Source: Escherichia coli (GTDB taxonomy: Bacteria > Pseudomonadota > Gammaproteobacteria > Enterobacterales > Enterobacteriaceae). Taken from it: a DNA stretch of 64,000 nt. A program made the translations under genes and the position numbers. Shown piece by piece: positions 50,244 to 64,000 of this stretch. Each line of letters begins with the position of its first letter. The stretch's first letter is position 1. The notes below the pieces were generated by a model, which worked only from the letters and a program-made list of their open reading frames with translations, searched no databases and had not been told where the DNA came from. The DNA lies in NCBI RefSeq assembly GCF_003018115.1, contig NZ_CP027457.1, one strand, 5' to 3'.

Positions 50244-51953
50244 TTACTGCACCAGCTCTGCCGACGTAACTTCACCGCTGGAAACGACGCCCGCATTCAT
50301 GGTTTGAGTCACTTGCTGCTTTGCGGCGTTCACGGCATGCAATTGCCCGCTAACCGTAGGTTTCAGCGGGACATTGGCCTGAATATCGCCACTGGCGGTA
50401 AGCTGAATATTGCCGTCGCCAGTCAACGGTAATTCAGGCCATCCCCACTGTTGCAAAATATTCACCGGCACACCGCGTCCATTCAGGCTGATATGGGTCT
50501 GACGTTGTGGCGTTTGTGAAACACTGGCGGTGGCTTCCAGAATGCCTTTTTCAGTAAATGCACTCAGTTCGCGGATATTCACCGTGCTGCTGTTGGCGGT
50601 TAGCGCCAGCGATGGGCGACGAATATCAACACGATTAAACGTCGCGGCGGCGGCATTCAGATTCGCCGAGCCACTCCAGACGCCCCATTTATGATCGGTA
50701 ACCAGCGTCAGATTGGCACCGTAACCATCGAGCGCGGTGAGCTGCCACGGGAAGTCAGGGTCGATATCAATGATCAGATTGCGGCTGGCGCTAAATCTCT
50801 TCAGTTGCAGGCTGTTTAACCAGCCGGGTGTCGTTTCCATCCACAACTGTTGCCAGTTTTTCGGCAAGGTATATTCCAGCCCGGCAATTGCCGCATCATC
50901 AAGGATCAACGTTTTCCCGTCACGCAGCCAGTTCCCTGACGTTCTGACCATGCCCCCTTCCCAGCGGCTGGTGAACTGGCGCAGCGCTACGCCCTGCGGG
51001 GAAAATTCCGCGTTTATAATCGGGTCAAATAAATGCAGCGAACCATAAATGAACTCGCTAGCGTTCATCGACAGTTTGCCTTCCTGTGTCTGCCAGTCAT
51101 CTTTACTGAAGGTCATGTTGCGCAAGCTGAGATCGAGGTCGGTCACCGCCCAGTCCGGACCTTGCAGACGAGCATCGATCACTTCCAGGCGACCAATCTG
51201 CAACGACGGGACAGAGCGTAATGGCGCAAAGAAGTCGGTTAGCGATTTTTCGCTTTGTAGACGGATATCCGCCATGCGCAGATTTTCCACTTGCCAGCTG
51301 CCGTCGGCGTTACGCTGCGCGTTTCCGGTTAATGTCCCGCGCGCGATGTCGGCACCCAGGTTAGTCAGCGTAACGCGATCGTTATCAATACTGCCTTCAA
51401 TCAGTACATTGGTGGCAGGAACATCATTGAGCGAAAGCGATCCGGCACTAAACTGAATCTGCGCCTTCGTACCCAGCACTTTACCGGCTTCTGGTGACCA
51501 CGGAACCACGCCGCCATTTACCCGCTGCGCGCTCAGTTTCCATTCGCTATTCGGGCTATTAAACGCCATATCACGCAGTTGCAGACGATCGGCTTTGAAC
51601 GGTAGCGGCGCGGTCTGGTCGGTGAGATTCAGCGTCCCGTTTTCCAGCAGGATGGTATCGACATGGCGTGGTTCGGTCAGTTGCCGACTACTTAGCGCAA
51701 TGTCGACACTTTTTGCCACCAGGGTCGCGGGCTGGCCATCACGGCCAAACGTGACGTTCTCCAGCACGATATGAGATGGCGCGGAAAAACGGTGATCCAT
51801 CGCCCCGAAGGCCAGATGATAGTCGCTATTCTCGGAAACCCATGCGCTGATATGTTCTGCTCCCCAGCGGGTTTGCAGAAGAAAATAGAGGCCAGCGATC
51901 ACCACTAACAGAGCGATGAGAATGTAGAGAAGCAGCTTCCCAATAAATTTCAT
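50244..51953 (-). CDS. yicH: AsmA-family protein
   Basis: 569 aa from the ATG at 51953 (MKFIGKLLLYILIALLVV...), with an N-terminal TM anchor. Confidence 0.9.
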   Translation of the reverse strand: MKFIGKLLLYILIALLVVIAGLYFLLQTRWGAEHISAWVSENSDYHLAFGAMDHRFSAPSHIVLENVTFGRDGQPATLVAKSVDIALSSRQLTEPRHVDTILLENGTLNLTDQTAPLPFKADRLQLRDMAFNSPNSEWKLSAQRVNGGVVPWSPEAGKVLGTKAQIQFSAGSLSLNDVPATNVLIEGSIDNDRVTLTNLGADIARGTLTGNAQRNADGSWQVENLRMADIRLQSEKSLTDFFAPLRSVPSLQIGRLEVIDARLQGPDWAVTDLDLSLRNMTFSKDDWQTQEGKLSMNASEFIYGSLHLFDPIINAEFSPQGVALRQFTSRWEGGMVRTSGNWLRDGKTLILDDAAIAGLEYTLPKNWQQLWMETTPGWLNSLQLKRFSASRNLIIDIDPDFPWQLTALDGYGANLTLVTDHKWGVWSGSANLNAAAATFNRVDIRRPSLALTANSSTVNIRELSAFTEKGILEATASVSQTPQRQTHISLNGRGVPVNILQQWGWPELPLTGDGNIQLTASGDIQANVPLKPTVSGQLHAVNAAKQQVTQTMNAGVVSSGEVTSAELVQ

Positions 51954-52073
51954 GGTCTTCCATCCCGTGAAATGCACATAAGGGAGTTATGCACGATTTA
52001 CGCGCAATCCTCAAGGCGGGAATGGTGAAAGAGGTGAGACTGCGGCGGTAATTATCTTACCGCCGCCAGTGAA

Positions 52074-53465
52074 TTACTGTTTTTCTGGTGGGAAAATCAG
52101 ATTCAGCACGATGGCAGTAATACCGCCCGCGGCGATCCCGGAGGAGAGCAGGTTTTTCAGCCATTCAGGGGCAAACTGCAAAATCAGCGGCTGCTGAGAC
52201 ACGCCCAGACCAACCGCCAGCGACAGGGCGATAATCAGAATCGCCCGACGGTTCAGTGGCTCACGAGAAACGATACGCACACCGGAGGCGGCGATGGTGC
52301 CAAACATTACAAGCGTTGCGCCGCCCAGAACCGGTTCTGGAATGTGTTGTACAAAACCGCTCACTGCCGGGAACAGACCCAGCACGATCAACATCAGCGC
52401 GACGACAAAACCGACATAGCGGCTGGCAACACCGGTCAACTGGATCACTCCGTTGTTCTGCCCGAAGCAGGAGTTCGGGAAGGTGTTAAACACCGCCGAA
52501 ACAAACGAGTTCAGGCCGTTTGCCAGCACGCCGCCTTTCAGGCGTTTCATGTACAGCGGACCGGACACTGGCTGTTCGGAAACGTCAGAGGTCGCCGTGA
52601 TATCGCCAATGGTTTCCAGCGAAGTGATCATAAAGACCAGCATCAGCGGCAACAGCAGACTCCATTCAATGCCAAGACCGTAATAGAGCGGCGTTGGCAC
52701 CATAATCAGTTCTTGCGTCATCGGTTCGTTGCTTTCTGGCAACATGCCCATAAACCACGCCAGCGCATATCCGGCCGCCATCGCAATCACCAGTGAGGCC
52801 ACGCGTAAGTAAGGGTTACGTTGACGGTTAAGCAGGATAATTAAGGCTAAGACCACGCCTGCCAGCAGCAGATTTTTCGGTGCGCCGAAGGTGTTATCGC
52901 TCATGGCTGCGTAACCGCCGCCAATTGAGGTCAGCCCCACCTGAATTAGCGACAGACCGATAATCATCACCACAACGCCAGAAACCAGCGGCGTAATAAT
53001 GCGGCGCGCCAGATGCAGAACACGGGAGATCACCATCTCGGTGCAACTTGCCAGCATCAACGTGCCGAACAAAGCCGCCATCATGGTAGGAACATCAGCA
53101 CCACCGGTTTTCAGCGCGGTACCGCCCATAATCAGCGGGGCAACAAAGTTGAAGCTGGTGCCCTGAATAGACAACAGCCCGGAGCCAACCGGACCCCAGG
53201 CCTTAATTTGAATAATCGATGCCACACCGGAGGCAAACAGCGACATACTAATAATGTGTTGCGTGTCTTGTGCCGGTAAACCCAGCGCCTGGCAGATTAA
53301 TAGCGCTGGCGTGATCACCGCAACGAACATCGCCAGCAAATGCTGACAGGCTGCAAACAGGGTTTGAGGAAGCGGCGGACGATCTTCAAGACGGTAAATC
53401 AGTTCGCTGTTTTGAGTCTGCGCAACCGGTTGCGCATTTTCTGACTCGAGGGTGGAAACAGACAT
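52074..53465 (-). CDS. xanP: Xanthine permease (NCS2/NAT family)
   Basis: 463 aa from the ATG at 53465 ([10 protein letters not shown]...). NAT-signature-like motifs are present. Confidence 0.93.
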
Positions 53466-53744
53466 CGAAAACAATCCCGTGGTAGCAAAGCGGGCATTTT
53501 AGCTGACCGAAAGAGAAAAGCAAACGTTTGCCACATCCTCATCTAAATATTTAAATGAGATAAATGCACTTTTTTATATAACTTTTGGTATTTTTCTGCT
53601 TAAAATCCATGCCATTTGTTCATTAACAGCTGAGAATTTGACCCAGGAAAGCATGACTCGATACCCGTCATATTTCATGAAGTTGCCACTGCGCGATGAA
53701 GTATGACGAGTATGAAAGAGTGATGCGGATACAAAGGAGTAACT

Positions 53745-54950
53745 ATGTTTCATCTCGATACTTTAGCAACGCTTGTTGCCGCAACGCTGACGTTGCTGCT
53801 CGGGCGTAAGTTGGTCCATTCCGTCTCCTTTTTGAAGAAATACACCATACCGGAACCTGTTGCGGGTGGTTTGTTGGTGGCGCTGGCGCTACTGGTACTG
53901 AAAAAAAGCATGGGCTGGGAAGTCAACTTTGATATGTCCCTGCGCGATCCGTTAATGCTGGCTTTCTTCGCCACCATTGGCCTGAACGCCAACATTGCCA
54001 GTTTGCGTGCCGGTGGGCGTGTGGTTGGCATCTTCTTGATTGTGGTTGTTGGTCTGTTGGTGATGCAAAATGCCATTGGCATTGGGATGGCTAGCCTGTT
54101 AGGGCTTGATCCGCTGATGGGGCTGTTGGCCGGTTCTATTACGCTTTCCGGCGGTCACGGTACGGGAGCTGCATGGAGTAAATTGTTCATTGAACGTTAT
54201 GGCTTCACCAATGCGACGGAAGTGGCTATGGCCTGTGCAACGTTCGGTTTGGTGCTGGGCGGCTTGATTGGCGGTCCGGTAGCGCGCTATCTGGTGAAAC
54301 ACTCCACCACGCCGAACGGTATTCCGGATGACCAGGAAGTCCCGACGGCGTTTGAAAAGCCGGATGTAGGCCGCATGATCACCTCGTTGGTGCTGATTGA
54401 AACTATCGCGCTGATTGCTATCTGCCTGACGGTGGGGAAAATTGTTGCGCAACTTTTGGCTGGCACTGCTTTTGAACTGCCGACCTTCGTCTGTGTACTG
54501 TTTGTTGGCGTGATTCTGAGCAACGGTCTGTCAATAATGGGCTTTTACCGCGTCTTTGAGCGTGCGGTATCCGTGCTGGGTAACGTAAGCTTGTCGTTGT
54601 TCCTGGCGATGGCGTTGATGGGGCTGAAACTGTGGGAGCTGGCTTCGCTGGCGCTGCCGATGCTTGCGATTCTGGTGGTACAGACCATCTTCATGGCGTT
54701 GTATGCCATCTTCGTTACCTGGCGCATGATGGGCAAAAACTACGATGCGGCAGTGCTGGCTGCGGGTCACTGTGGTTTTGGCCTCGGTGCAACGCCAACG
54801 GCAATCGCCAACATGCAGGCGATCACTGAACGTTTTGGCCCGTCGCACATGGCGTTTTTGGTGGTGCCGATGGTCGGTGCGTTCTTTATCGATATCGTCA
54901 ATGCGCTGGTGATTAAGCTGTATTTGATGTTGCCGATTTTTGCCGGTTAA
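53745..54950 (+). CDS. gltS: Sodium/glutamate symporter
   Basis: 401 aa polytopic membrane protein matching GltS as recalled. Confidence 0.94.
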   Translation: MFHLDTLATLVAATLTLLLGRKLVHSVSFLKKYTIPEPVAGGLLVALALLVLKKSMGWEVNFDMSLRDPLMLAFFATIGLNANIASLRAGGRVVGIFLIVVVGLLVMQNAIGIGMASLLGLDPLMGLLAGSITLSGGHGTGAAWSKLFIERYGFTNATEVAMACATFGLVLGGLIGGPVARYLVKHSTTPNGIPDDQEVPTAFEKPDVGRMITSLVLIETIALIAICLTVGKIVAQLLAGTAFELPTFVCVLFVGVILSNGLSIMGFYRVFERAVSVLGNVSLSLFLAMALMGLKLWELASLALPMLAILVVQTIFMALYAIFVTWRMMGKNYDAAVLAAGHCGFGLGATPTAIANMQAITERFGPSHMAFLVVPMVGAFFIDIVNALVIKLYLMLPIFAG

Positions 54951-54989
54951 CCGATGAAGCGGCGGTAGAAGTGCCGCCGCAACAAAGAC

Positions 54990-55073
54990 AAATGCCTGAT
55001 ACGCTTCGCTTATCAAGCCTGCGTATTGATTAATAATTTATTGAATTTGTAGGGTGATGAATCGCATCCGGCA
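54990..55073. repeat. REP elements (BIME-like)
   Basis: ATGCCTGATACGCTTCGCTTATCAAGCCTGCG and TGTAGGGTGATGAATCGCATCCGGCAG are degenerate REP sequences in opposite orientation. Confidence 0.65.
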
Positions 55074-55118
55074 GGAAGGTAGGGTAACCTGAAATGGCGG
55101 TCTTCTCACTGCCGCCTT

Positions 55119-57200
55119 TTACGCATTCGAGTAACGTTCCGTCTCCGGCATCCAGCGTTCTATCAGGGCTTTTGCCTGTTGTGGGTAACGTTCGTGAATA
55201 TGGCGTGCCAGGCGCTGAACTTCCGGGATCATCGCCTGATCGCGCAGTAAATCTGCCACTTTAAATTCAGCATTACCCGTCTGACGAGTGCCTAACAATT
55301 CGCCAGGGCCGCGAATCTCCAGATCTTTTTGTGCAATCACAAACCCGTCGTTGCTGTCGCGCAGCACTTGCAGGCGAATTTGCGCCGTTTTGGAAAGCGG
55401 CGTTTTGTAGAGCAGCACACAGTGAGAAGCCACTGCGCCACGACCTACACGCCCGCGTAGCTGGTGCAACTGCGCCAGACCCAGACGCTCCGGGTTTTCG
55501 ATAATCATCAGACTGGCGTTAGGCACATCAACGCCGACTTCAATAACGGTTGTGGCAACCAGCAGGTGTAGCTCACCTTGTTTAAACGACGCCATCACCG
55601 CCTGTTTCTCGGCAGGTTTCATCCGCCCGTGTACCAGGCCAACATTCAACTCTGGTAGCGCCAGTTTCAACTCTTCCCAGGTAGCTTCCGCCGCCTGCGC
55701 TTCCAGCAATTCCGACTCTTCAATCAACGTACAAACCCAGTACGCCTGACGACCTTCAGTCATGCAGGCGTGGCGCACGCGGTCAATGATGTCGGTACGG
55801 CGAGTATCAGGAATAGCGACCGTAGTCACTGGCGTGCGGCCTGGCGGCAGTTCATCAATGACCGAGGTGTCGAGATCGGCATACGCAGTCATCGCCAGCG
55901 TGCGGGGGATCGGCGTGGCGGTCATGATCAACTGATGCGGATGGAAGCCCTGCTGCTGGCCTTTCTCCCACAATGCCAGACGCTGATGCACGCCAAAACG
56001 ATGCTGTTCGTCGATAATCACCAGCGCCAGACCGTTAAACTGCACCTGTTCCTGGAAGATGGCGTGCGTACCAACAATCATCTGCACCTGACCGTTGGCG
56101 ATGGCTTCCTGCTGAGACAGTCGCGCTTTACCTTTCTGCTTACCGGCGAGCCAGCCCACTTCGATACCGAGCGGTGCAAACCAGTTGCGGAAGTTATTGG
56201 CGTGCTGTTCGGCGAGTAATTCGGTTGGTGCCATCAATGCCACCTGTTTGCCGTGGGCAATCGCACGCAGCGCGGCGAGGGCAGCGACCAGCGTTTTACC
56301 GGAACCTACATCGCCCTGTACCAGGCGCATCATCGGCACATTCAGCGCCATATCGCGCTCGATCTCCGCCACCACGCGAGCCTGAGCGCCCGTTGGCTTG
56401 AACGGTAAGGCGGCAAGAAGTTTATTTTTCAGCGTGTCATTGGCGCTCAGCGGCTGGGCATGGAAACGTTGCGCTCCGGCGCGTAAGGCTAACATGCTGA
56501 GGTTATGCGCCAGCAGTTCTTCCAGAATCAGACGACGTTGCGCCGGATGCTGCCCGGTTTCCAGATCGCTAAGTTGCAGCGTCGGCGGCGGGCGGTGCAA
56601 AGTGCGCAACGCTTCCGGTAGCGTCATCATTCCTTGTGACAGTTCCGGCGGCAGGAGTTCTTCAATGGCGCAGGTGTCGAGCAGATCCAGCGCCTGGTCG
56701 GTTAATTTACGCAGCGTGGCCTGCTTTACGCCTTCGGTTGTTGGATAAACCGGCGTGAGCGTTTCCTGCAACTCTGGCGTACTGAGATCGCCCTGCACGC
56801 GGTATTCCGGGTGGATCATCTCCGCACCATATTTACCGCGCTTTGCTTCTCCATAGGCCAGCACGCGGCGGCCCGTTGCCAGGCTATTTTTCATTGCCGC
56901 GTTGAAGTTGAAAAAGCGCATGGTGAGAATGCCGGAACCGTCGCTGATCTGGCAGGTCATCATCCGGCGGCCGCCGAAGGTGATATTGCAATTCAGCACT
57001 TCGCCTTCCACCGTGGCATAAACGCCCGGTAGTAGTTCTCCGATGGGGTAGAGATGGGTGCGATCTTCGTAGCGCAGGGGAAGGTGTAACAGTAGATCCT
57101 GCACGGTATGCAGGTTGATTTTCGCCAGTTTGTTACTAAGTGCTGCGCCAACGCCCGTTAGGGAACTGAGCGGGACAGCATCTAACAGGCGACCTTTCAT
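55119..57200 (-). CDS. recG: ATP-dependent DNA helicase RecG
   Basis: 693 aa from the ATG at 57200 (MKGRLLDAVPLSSL...). Helicase motifs GDVGSGKT and DEQH are present. Confidence 0.96.
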   Translation of the reverse strand: MKGRLLDAVPLSSLTGVGAALSNKLAKINLHTVQDLLLHLPLRYEDRTHLYPIGELLPGVYATVEGEVLNCNITFGGRRMMTCQISDGSGILTMRFFNFNAAMKNSLATGRRVLAYGEAKRGKYGAEMIHPEYRVQGDLSTPELQETLTPVYPTTEGVKQATLRKLTDQALDLLDTCAIEELLPPELSQGMMTLPEALRTLHRPPPTLQLSDLETGQHPAQRRLILEELLAHNLSMLALRAGAQRFHAQPLSANDTLKNKLLAALPFKPTGAQARVVAEIERDMALNVPMMRLVQGDVGSGKTLVAALAALRAIAHGKQVALMAPTELLAEQHANNFRNWFAPLGIEVGWLAGKQKGKARLSQQEAIANGQVQMIVGTHAIFQEQVQFNGLALVIIDEQHRFGVHQRLALWEKGQQQGFHPHQLIMTATPIPRTLAMTAYADLDTSVIDELPPGRTPVTTVAIPDTRRTDIIDRVRHACMTEGRQAYWVCTLIEESELLEAQAAEATWEELKLALPELNVGLVHGRMKPAEKQAVMASFKQGELHLLVATTVIEVGVDVPNASLMIIENPERLGLAQLHQLRGRVGRGAVASHCVLLYKTPLSKTAQIRLQVLRDSNDGFVIAQKDLEIRGPGELLGTRQTGNAEFKVADLLRDQAMIPEVQRLARHIHERYPQQAKALIERWMPETERYSNA

Positions 57201-57205
57201 GGCAC

Positions 57206-57895
57206 TTACCCTGCAGCCTGCATAGTAGCCCACCAGTCGGCATCAGCTTCGATCTCGCCTTGCTGATTGACGTGGGGATAAGGCAGGCCTTTGCGTTTTG
57301 CGACTTTCGCCAGCACCGGATAGCCGCCTTCAAACAACAGGCGTTGTTGCTCTGCTTCCGGCAACATGCTGTTTTCACGCAGGTACATGCCTGCATTTTG
57401 CCGCTGACGCTGGGCTTCGTAAAGAATGAGGGCTGAGGCAACGGAAACATTCAGCGACTGCACCATGCCGATCATCGGAATGATGATGTCCTGATCCGCC
57501 AAGGCCAACGCTTCCTCAGTGATGCCCGTTTTCTCCTGACCCATCAAAATGCAGGTCGGGCGTGTGTAATCAATTTCGCGGAAATCGACAGCGTTATCAG
57601 AAAGATGGGTTGCCAGAATCTGCATGCCCTGGCCTTTCAGATGAGCGACGGCATCGCCAATGGTGCGGTGCGTTTTCACCTGCACCCAGCTGTTACTACC
57701 CGCCGCCGCCGAAGCCATGGTGCGCATCCGGCTGCCAGGCCAGACAGCATGAACTTCATGTACGCCAACGGCATCTGCGGTACGAATAATCGCAGAAACG
57801 TTATGAGGTTTGTGGACCTGCTCCATGCAGACGGTCAGATCAGGCTGCCGCCTGGCGAGCATTTCGCAGATGCGTGCATAACGTGTTGGGTTCAT
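57206..57895 (-). CDS. trmH: tRNA (Gm18) 2'-O-methyltransferase (SpoU/TrmH)
   Basis: 229 aa. SPOUT motifs are present, and the gene sits in the operon position between spoT and recG. Confidence 0.94.
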   Translation of the reverse strand: MNPTRYARICEMLARRQPDLTVCMEQVHKPHNVSAIIRTADAVGVHEVHAVWPGSRMRTMASAAAGSNSWVQVKTHRTIGDAVAHLKGQGMQILATHLSDNAVDFREIDYTRPTCILMGQEKTGITEEALALADQDIIIPMIGMVQSLNVSVASALILYEAQRQRQNAGMYLRENSMLPEAEQQRLLFEGGYPVLAKVAKRKGLPYPHVNQQGEIEADADWWATMQAAG

Positions 57896-57901
57896 AAAAC
57901 A

Positions 57902-60010
57902 TTAATTTCGGTTTCGGGTGACTTTAATCACGTCTGGCATCACGCGGATTTTGCGCATGATATTCGCCAGATGCACACGGTCACGAGCGGTCAAACGAAT
58001 AAAGGCGCTGTAGACGCGACCATCTTTCTCTTCCGTATTCAAACTTTGAATATTCGAAGTCGTGGTGTTAATTGCCGCCGTCAGGTTTGCCAGCGCGCCC
58101 TGATGATTGAACATCTCCACCTTGATTTCGGTGATGAACTCCTGCGCCGTCTCTTTATCCCATTCCACAGCCATAAACTTCTCTGGCTCTTTCTGGTAGC
58201 CACGGATGTTACGGCAGGATTCATGGTGGATCACCAGACCTTTACCGGGGCTGACGTGGGCGATAATCGGGTCGCCAGGAATAGGGCGGCAGCATTTCGC
58301 AAAGGTGATCAGCACGCCATCGGCACCTTTAATGGGCAGATGTCCGTGACTTTGGGTTGCCGGTGGAATGGAGGCGTCCCCATGTTGCAGATTTTTCGCG
58401 ACCACCACGCTCATTGCGTTACCAAGTCCGATTTCTGCCAGCAGATCGTCAAGCGTTGCCAGCTTCATACGATCCAGCTCGCGCTGAATATTTTCCTGCG
58501 GGATTTCATTGAGCTTACGGCTGCCACCCAACGCATGGTTGAGCAGACGACGGCCCAGACTAACGGAATCATCACGCTTGAGGTTTTTCAGCAACTGACG
58601 AATTTTGGCGCGCGCTTTCGAGCTGACGACAAAGTTCAGCCACGCGGCATTCGGGCGAGCGCCCGGTGCGGTAATGATTTCAACGGTTTGACCGCTAGTA
58701 AGCGGCTGCGACAGCGGGTAAGGCTGGCGGTCGACGCGTGCGCCCACGCAGGCATGACCGATATCGGTATGCACTGCATAAGCGAAGTCGACGGGCGTTG
58801 CACCGGCAGGCAGCTCGACAATGCGCCCTTCCGGTGTGAAAACGTAAATCTCATCCGGGAAGAGATCGGATTTAACGCTCTCGATAAATTCAAACGAGCT
58901 ACCGGCACTCTGTTGCAGCTCCAGCAGGCTTTGCATCCAGCGCTGGGCGCGGATTTGTGCGGTAGTACTGGTTTCGCCGTGCTCTTTATAAGCCCAGTGC
59001 GCGGCAACACCCATCTCCGCCATCTGGTCCATATCTTCGGTACGGATCTGGACCTCAACCGGCACACCGTGCGGGCCGATCATCGAGGTGTGCAAAGACT
59101 GATAGCCGTTCGCTTTTGGAATGGCGATATAGTCTTTCACGCGGCCCGGACGCGGCTTGTACAGGCTGTGCATCTGGCCCAGCACGCGATAACAGGTGTC
59201 AGAATCATTGACGATCACGCGGAAAGCGTAGATGTCCATGATTGAGTGAAAACGCTGCTCTTTGAGCACCATTTTGCAGTAAATCGAATAAAGATGCTTT
59301 TCGCGACCACTGACGCGGCACGGTATTCCCGCTTCCTGCAAACGCCCTTCGATTTCAGAAAGAATCTTCTGGATCATCTCTTTACGGTTGCCGCGCGCGG
59401 CTTTCACCACTTCTTTGATTACGCGATAACGGTTGGGATACAGCGCCTCAAAACCCAGCTCTTCGAGTTCGGTTTTAATGTGGTGGATACCTAAACGGTG
59501 CGCCAGCGGGCTGTAAATTTCGAGAGTTTCACGGGCGATGCGGCGACGTTTGTCCGGGCGAAGTGAGCCCAGCGTGCGCATGTTGTGGGTACGGTCGGCA
59601 AGTTTGATGAGGATGACGCGGATATCCTGCACCATCGCCATAATCATCTTGCGAAAGTTTTCGGCCTGCGCCTCTTTCTTATCGCGGAACTTGAGTTTAT
59701 CAAGTTTCGACACCCCCTCTACCAGCTCGGCGACGCTTTTACCAAAAAGCTGTTCCATATCCTGGTAGGTGGCGGGAGTATCTTCAATCACGTCATGCAG
59801 CAGCGCCGCCATCAGCGTTTCATAGTCGAGTTTCATCTCGGCCAGAATGCAGGCAACCGCTACCGGGTGCGTGATATAGGGTTCACCGCTTGAACGTGTT
59901 TGCCCCTCGTGAGCATCACGTGCAACGAGATACGCCTGCCGCAGACGCTTGATTTGGTCTTCCGGCAGGTAGGTTTGAATCAGTTGATTCAGGCTTTCAA
60001 ACAGATACAA
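57902..60010 (-). CDS. spoT: Bifunctional (p)ppGpp synthetase II / hydrolase
   Basis: 702 aa. An HD domain (HDVIEDT), a RelA/SpoT synthetase domain, and TGS and ACT regions are present. Confidence 0.97.
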   Translation of the reverse strand: MYLFESLNQLIQTYLPEDQIKRLRQAYLVARDAHEGQTRSSGEPYITHPVAVACILAEMKLDYETLMAALLHDVIEDTPATYQDMEQLFGKSVAELVEGVSKLDKLKFRDKKEAQAENFRKMIMAMVQDIRVILIKLADRTHNMRTLGSLRPDKRRRIARETLEIYSPLAHRLGIHHIKTELEELGFEALYPNRYRVIKEVVKAARGNRKEMIQKILSEIEGRLQEAGIPCRVSGREKHLYSIYCKMVLKEQRFHSIMDIYAFRVIVNDSDTCYRVLGQMHSLYKPRPGRVKDYIAIPKANGYQSLHTSMIGPHGVPVEVQIRTEDMDQMAEMGVAAHWAYKEHGETSTTAQIRAQRWMQSLLELQQSAGSSFEFIESVKSDLFPDEIYVFTPEGRIVELPAGATPVDFAYAVHTDIGHACVGARVDRQPYPLSQPLTSGQTVEIITAPGARPNAAWLNFVVSSKARAKIRQLLKNLKRDDSVSLGRRLLNHALGGSRKLNEIPQENIQRELDRMKLATLDDLLAEIGLGNAMSVVVAKNLQHGDASIPPATQSHGHLPIKGADGVLITFAKCCRPIPGDPIIAHVSPGKGLVIHHESCRNIRGYQKEPEKFMAVEWDKETAQEFITEIKVEMFNHQGALANLTAAINTTTSNIQSLNTEEKDGRVYSAFIRLTARDRVHLANIMRKIRVMPDVIKVTRNRN

Positions 60011-60028
60011 GGGCGACCCGCTTTGTGA

Positions 60029-60304
60029 TTAACGACGACCTTCAGCAATAGCGGTAACGGCTTGTAATTCAGCGGCTTCCTGCTCTTGCTGTTCCTGGCG
60101 TTCGCGAACGTCGAGGATCTGGTTGTTGATCAGACCTTCTTCGATTTCGCGCAGCGCGATTACAGTGGTTTTATCGTTTTCTTCCGGTACCAGCGGATCC
60201 TTTCCGCCTACCTGCATCTGACGAGCGCGACGCGCGGCGACCAGTACCAGGTCAAAACGGTTACCAATTTTCTCTACAGCGTCCTGAACAGTTACGCGTG
60301 CCAT
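60029..60304 (-). CDS. rpoZ: RNA polymerase omega subunit
   Basis: 91 aa, [29 protein letters not shown]... Confidence 0.97.
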
Positions 60305-60358
60305 ACTTAAAAAGCTCCACAGGTGAAGAAATGACTGGGCATGATACTGAAATCAGGT

Positions 60359-61106
<748 letters not shown>

Positions 61107-61147
61107 TTTCCGCATTTGCCTGTGATTTACTGCAATAAAGACGATTC

Positions 61148-61192
<45 letters not shown>

Positions 61193-61193
61193 C

Positions 61194-63536
<2,343 letters not shown>

Positions 63537-63827
63537 GGTTCTCTCCCTAAAAATCTGTCTGGCAGGGTAGCGATTTGTGCGCATTGTCACGATTGAGATT
63601 TTTTAAGGTGAGGAGAAATTGATAACTTGTAGTTATGTGAAATCGCTATTTTCTGTAGCGGAGATGCATTCTTCTGACTTCTTGTCTGAGAAAATGCATA
63701 AGAAAAAATAAGTTAAAATTGAGGGGTGGAAAAGAAAGGTGCAATGTTTAGCCATTGTGTTCACCGCACCTGGACTTTGGCTTACGCATCGGGTGTCTCA
63801 ATCAAGAAAAAGAGTTTTTAGTTTCTG

Positions 63828-64000
63828 CTATTTCTTCTCTGTAATTTTTACACTGTTTCCCAACTGCTTGATGCTGACCTGCGGGGTCGGCAACTCCTCA
63901 GGCATGGTTCCGCCAAGTTCCTGAATGGTTTGTCTCACCTTGCGACCCACGTCAAAGTGTTTGGTATTAGCTTGCTGTTTTGAATTCACGCCATCCCGCT
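63828..64000 (-). CDS. dinD: DNA-damage-inducible protein D, C-terminal 56 codons only (gene runs off the window)
   Basis: The minus-strand frame reads RDGVNSKQQANTKHFDVGRKVRQTIQELGGTMPEELPTPQVSIKQLGNSVKITEKK*, with the stop at 63828-63830. This matches the DinD C-terminus as recalled. Confidence 0.8.
   Translation of the reverse strand, partial: RDGVNSKQQANTKHFDVGRKVRQTIQELGGTMPEELPTPQVSIKQLGNSVKITEKK

Noticed and set aside
52042-52066. Hairpin GCGGCGGTAA...TTACCGCCGC between xanP and yicH, considered as a terminator
   Set aside because: The stem is good but there is no U-tract in the direction of xanP transcription. I cannot support a terminator call from sequence alone.
57605-59245. 546-aa plus-strand ORF
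   Set aside because: It lies entirely antisense to trmH and spoT, which are unambiguous conserved genes. It has no SD and a low-complexity Arg/His/Gln-rich translation typical of antisense frames.
63739-63924. 61-aa plus-strand ORF near the window end
   Set aside because: It is antisense to the dinD 3' end, which reads cleanly on the minus strand.

Overview
The window reads as Escherichia coli-type chromosome. It is the conserved yidJ...dinD segment (yidJIHGF, emrD, tisB/istR, ivbL-ilvBN, uhpABCT, ade, adeQ, yicN, nepI, yicS, nlpA, yicL, setC, selC, yicJI, yicH, xanP, gltS, recG-trmH-spoT-rpoZ-gmk, ligB, yicG, dinD). Gene names come from my recollection of E. coli K-12 protein sequences, lengths and gene order; no database search was possible. 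Four stretches of DNA that I do not recall from the K-12 backbone interrupt it. (1) A ~3.3 kb AT-rich islet lies between ilvN and uhpA (7443-10857). It carries two diverged paralogous genes of unknown function, and the first is broken by a single in-frame TAG. (2) A toxin-first type II toxin-antitoxin pair lies between yicN and nepI (19747-20413). (3) A ~20 kb island lies between nepI and yicS (21826-41912). It encodes a 4190-aa LysM/intimin-invasin-type inverse autotransporter with 24 tandem 291-bp Ig-like repeats, a HilA/ToxR-like regulator, and a chaperone-translocator operon of the SicA-SipBCD / IpgC-IpaBCD type, but no secretion-apparatus genes. From memory this matches the air / eilA / eicA-eipBCD locus described in enteroaggregative E. 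coli 042. (4) A decayed RhuM-like fragment sits next to tRNA-Sec (selC). The observation I rate highest is an 18-bp box, ATGAGCG(W)TTTTTGATAG. I found it five times, only in accessory or non-coding DNA next to these loci: upstream of both islet paralogs, upstream of eilA, upstream of eicA, and in the selC-setC spacer. It resembles the Shigella MxiE box. This suggests one chaperone-dependent type III secretion regulon linking physically separate islets, and marks the islet paralogs as candidate effectors. No AraC-family activator, integrase, transposase, CRISPR array or rRNA gene was seen in the window.
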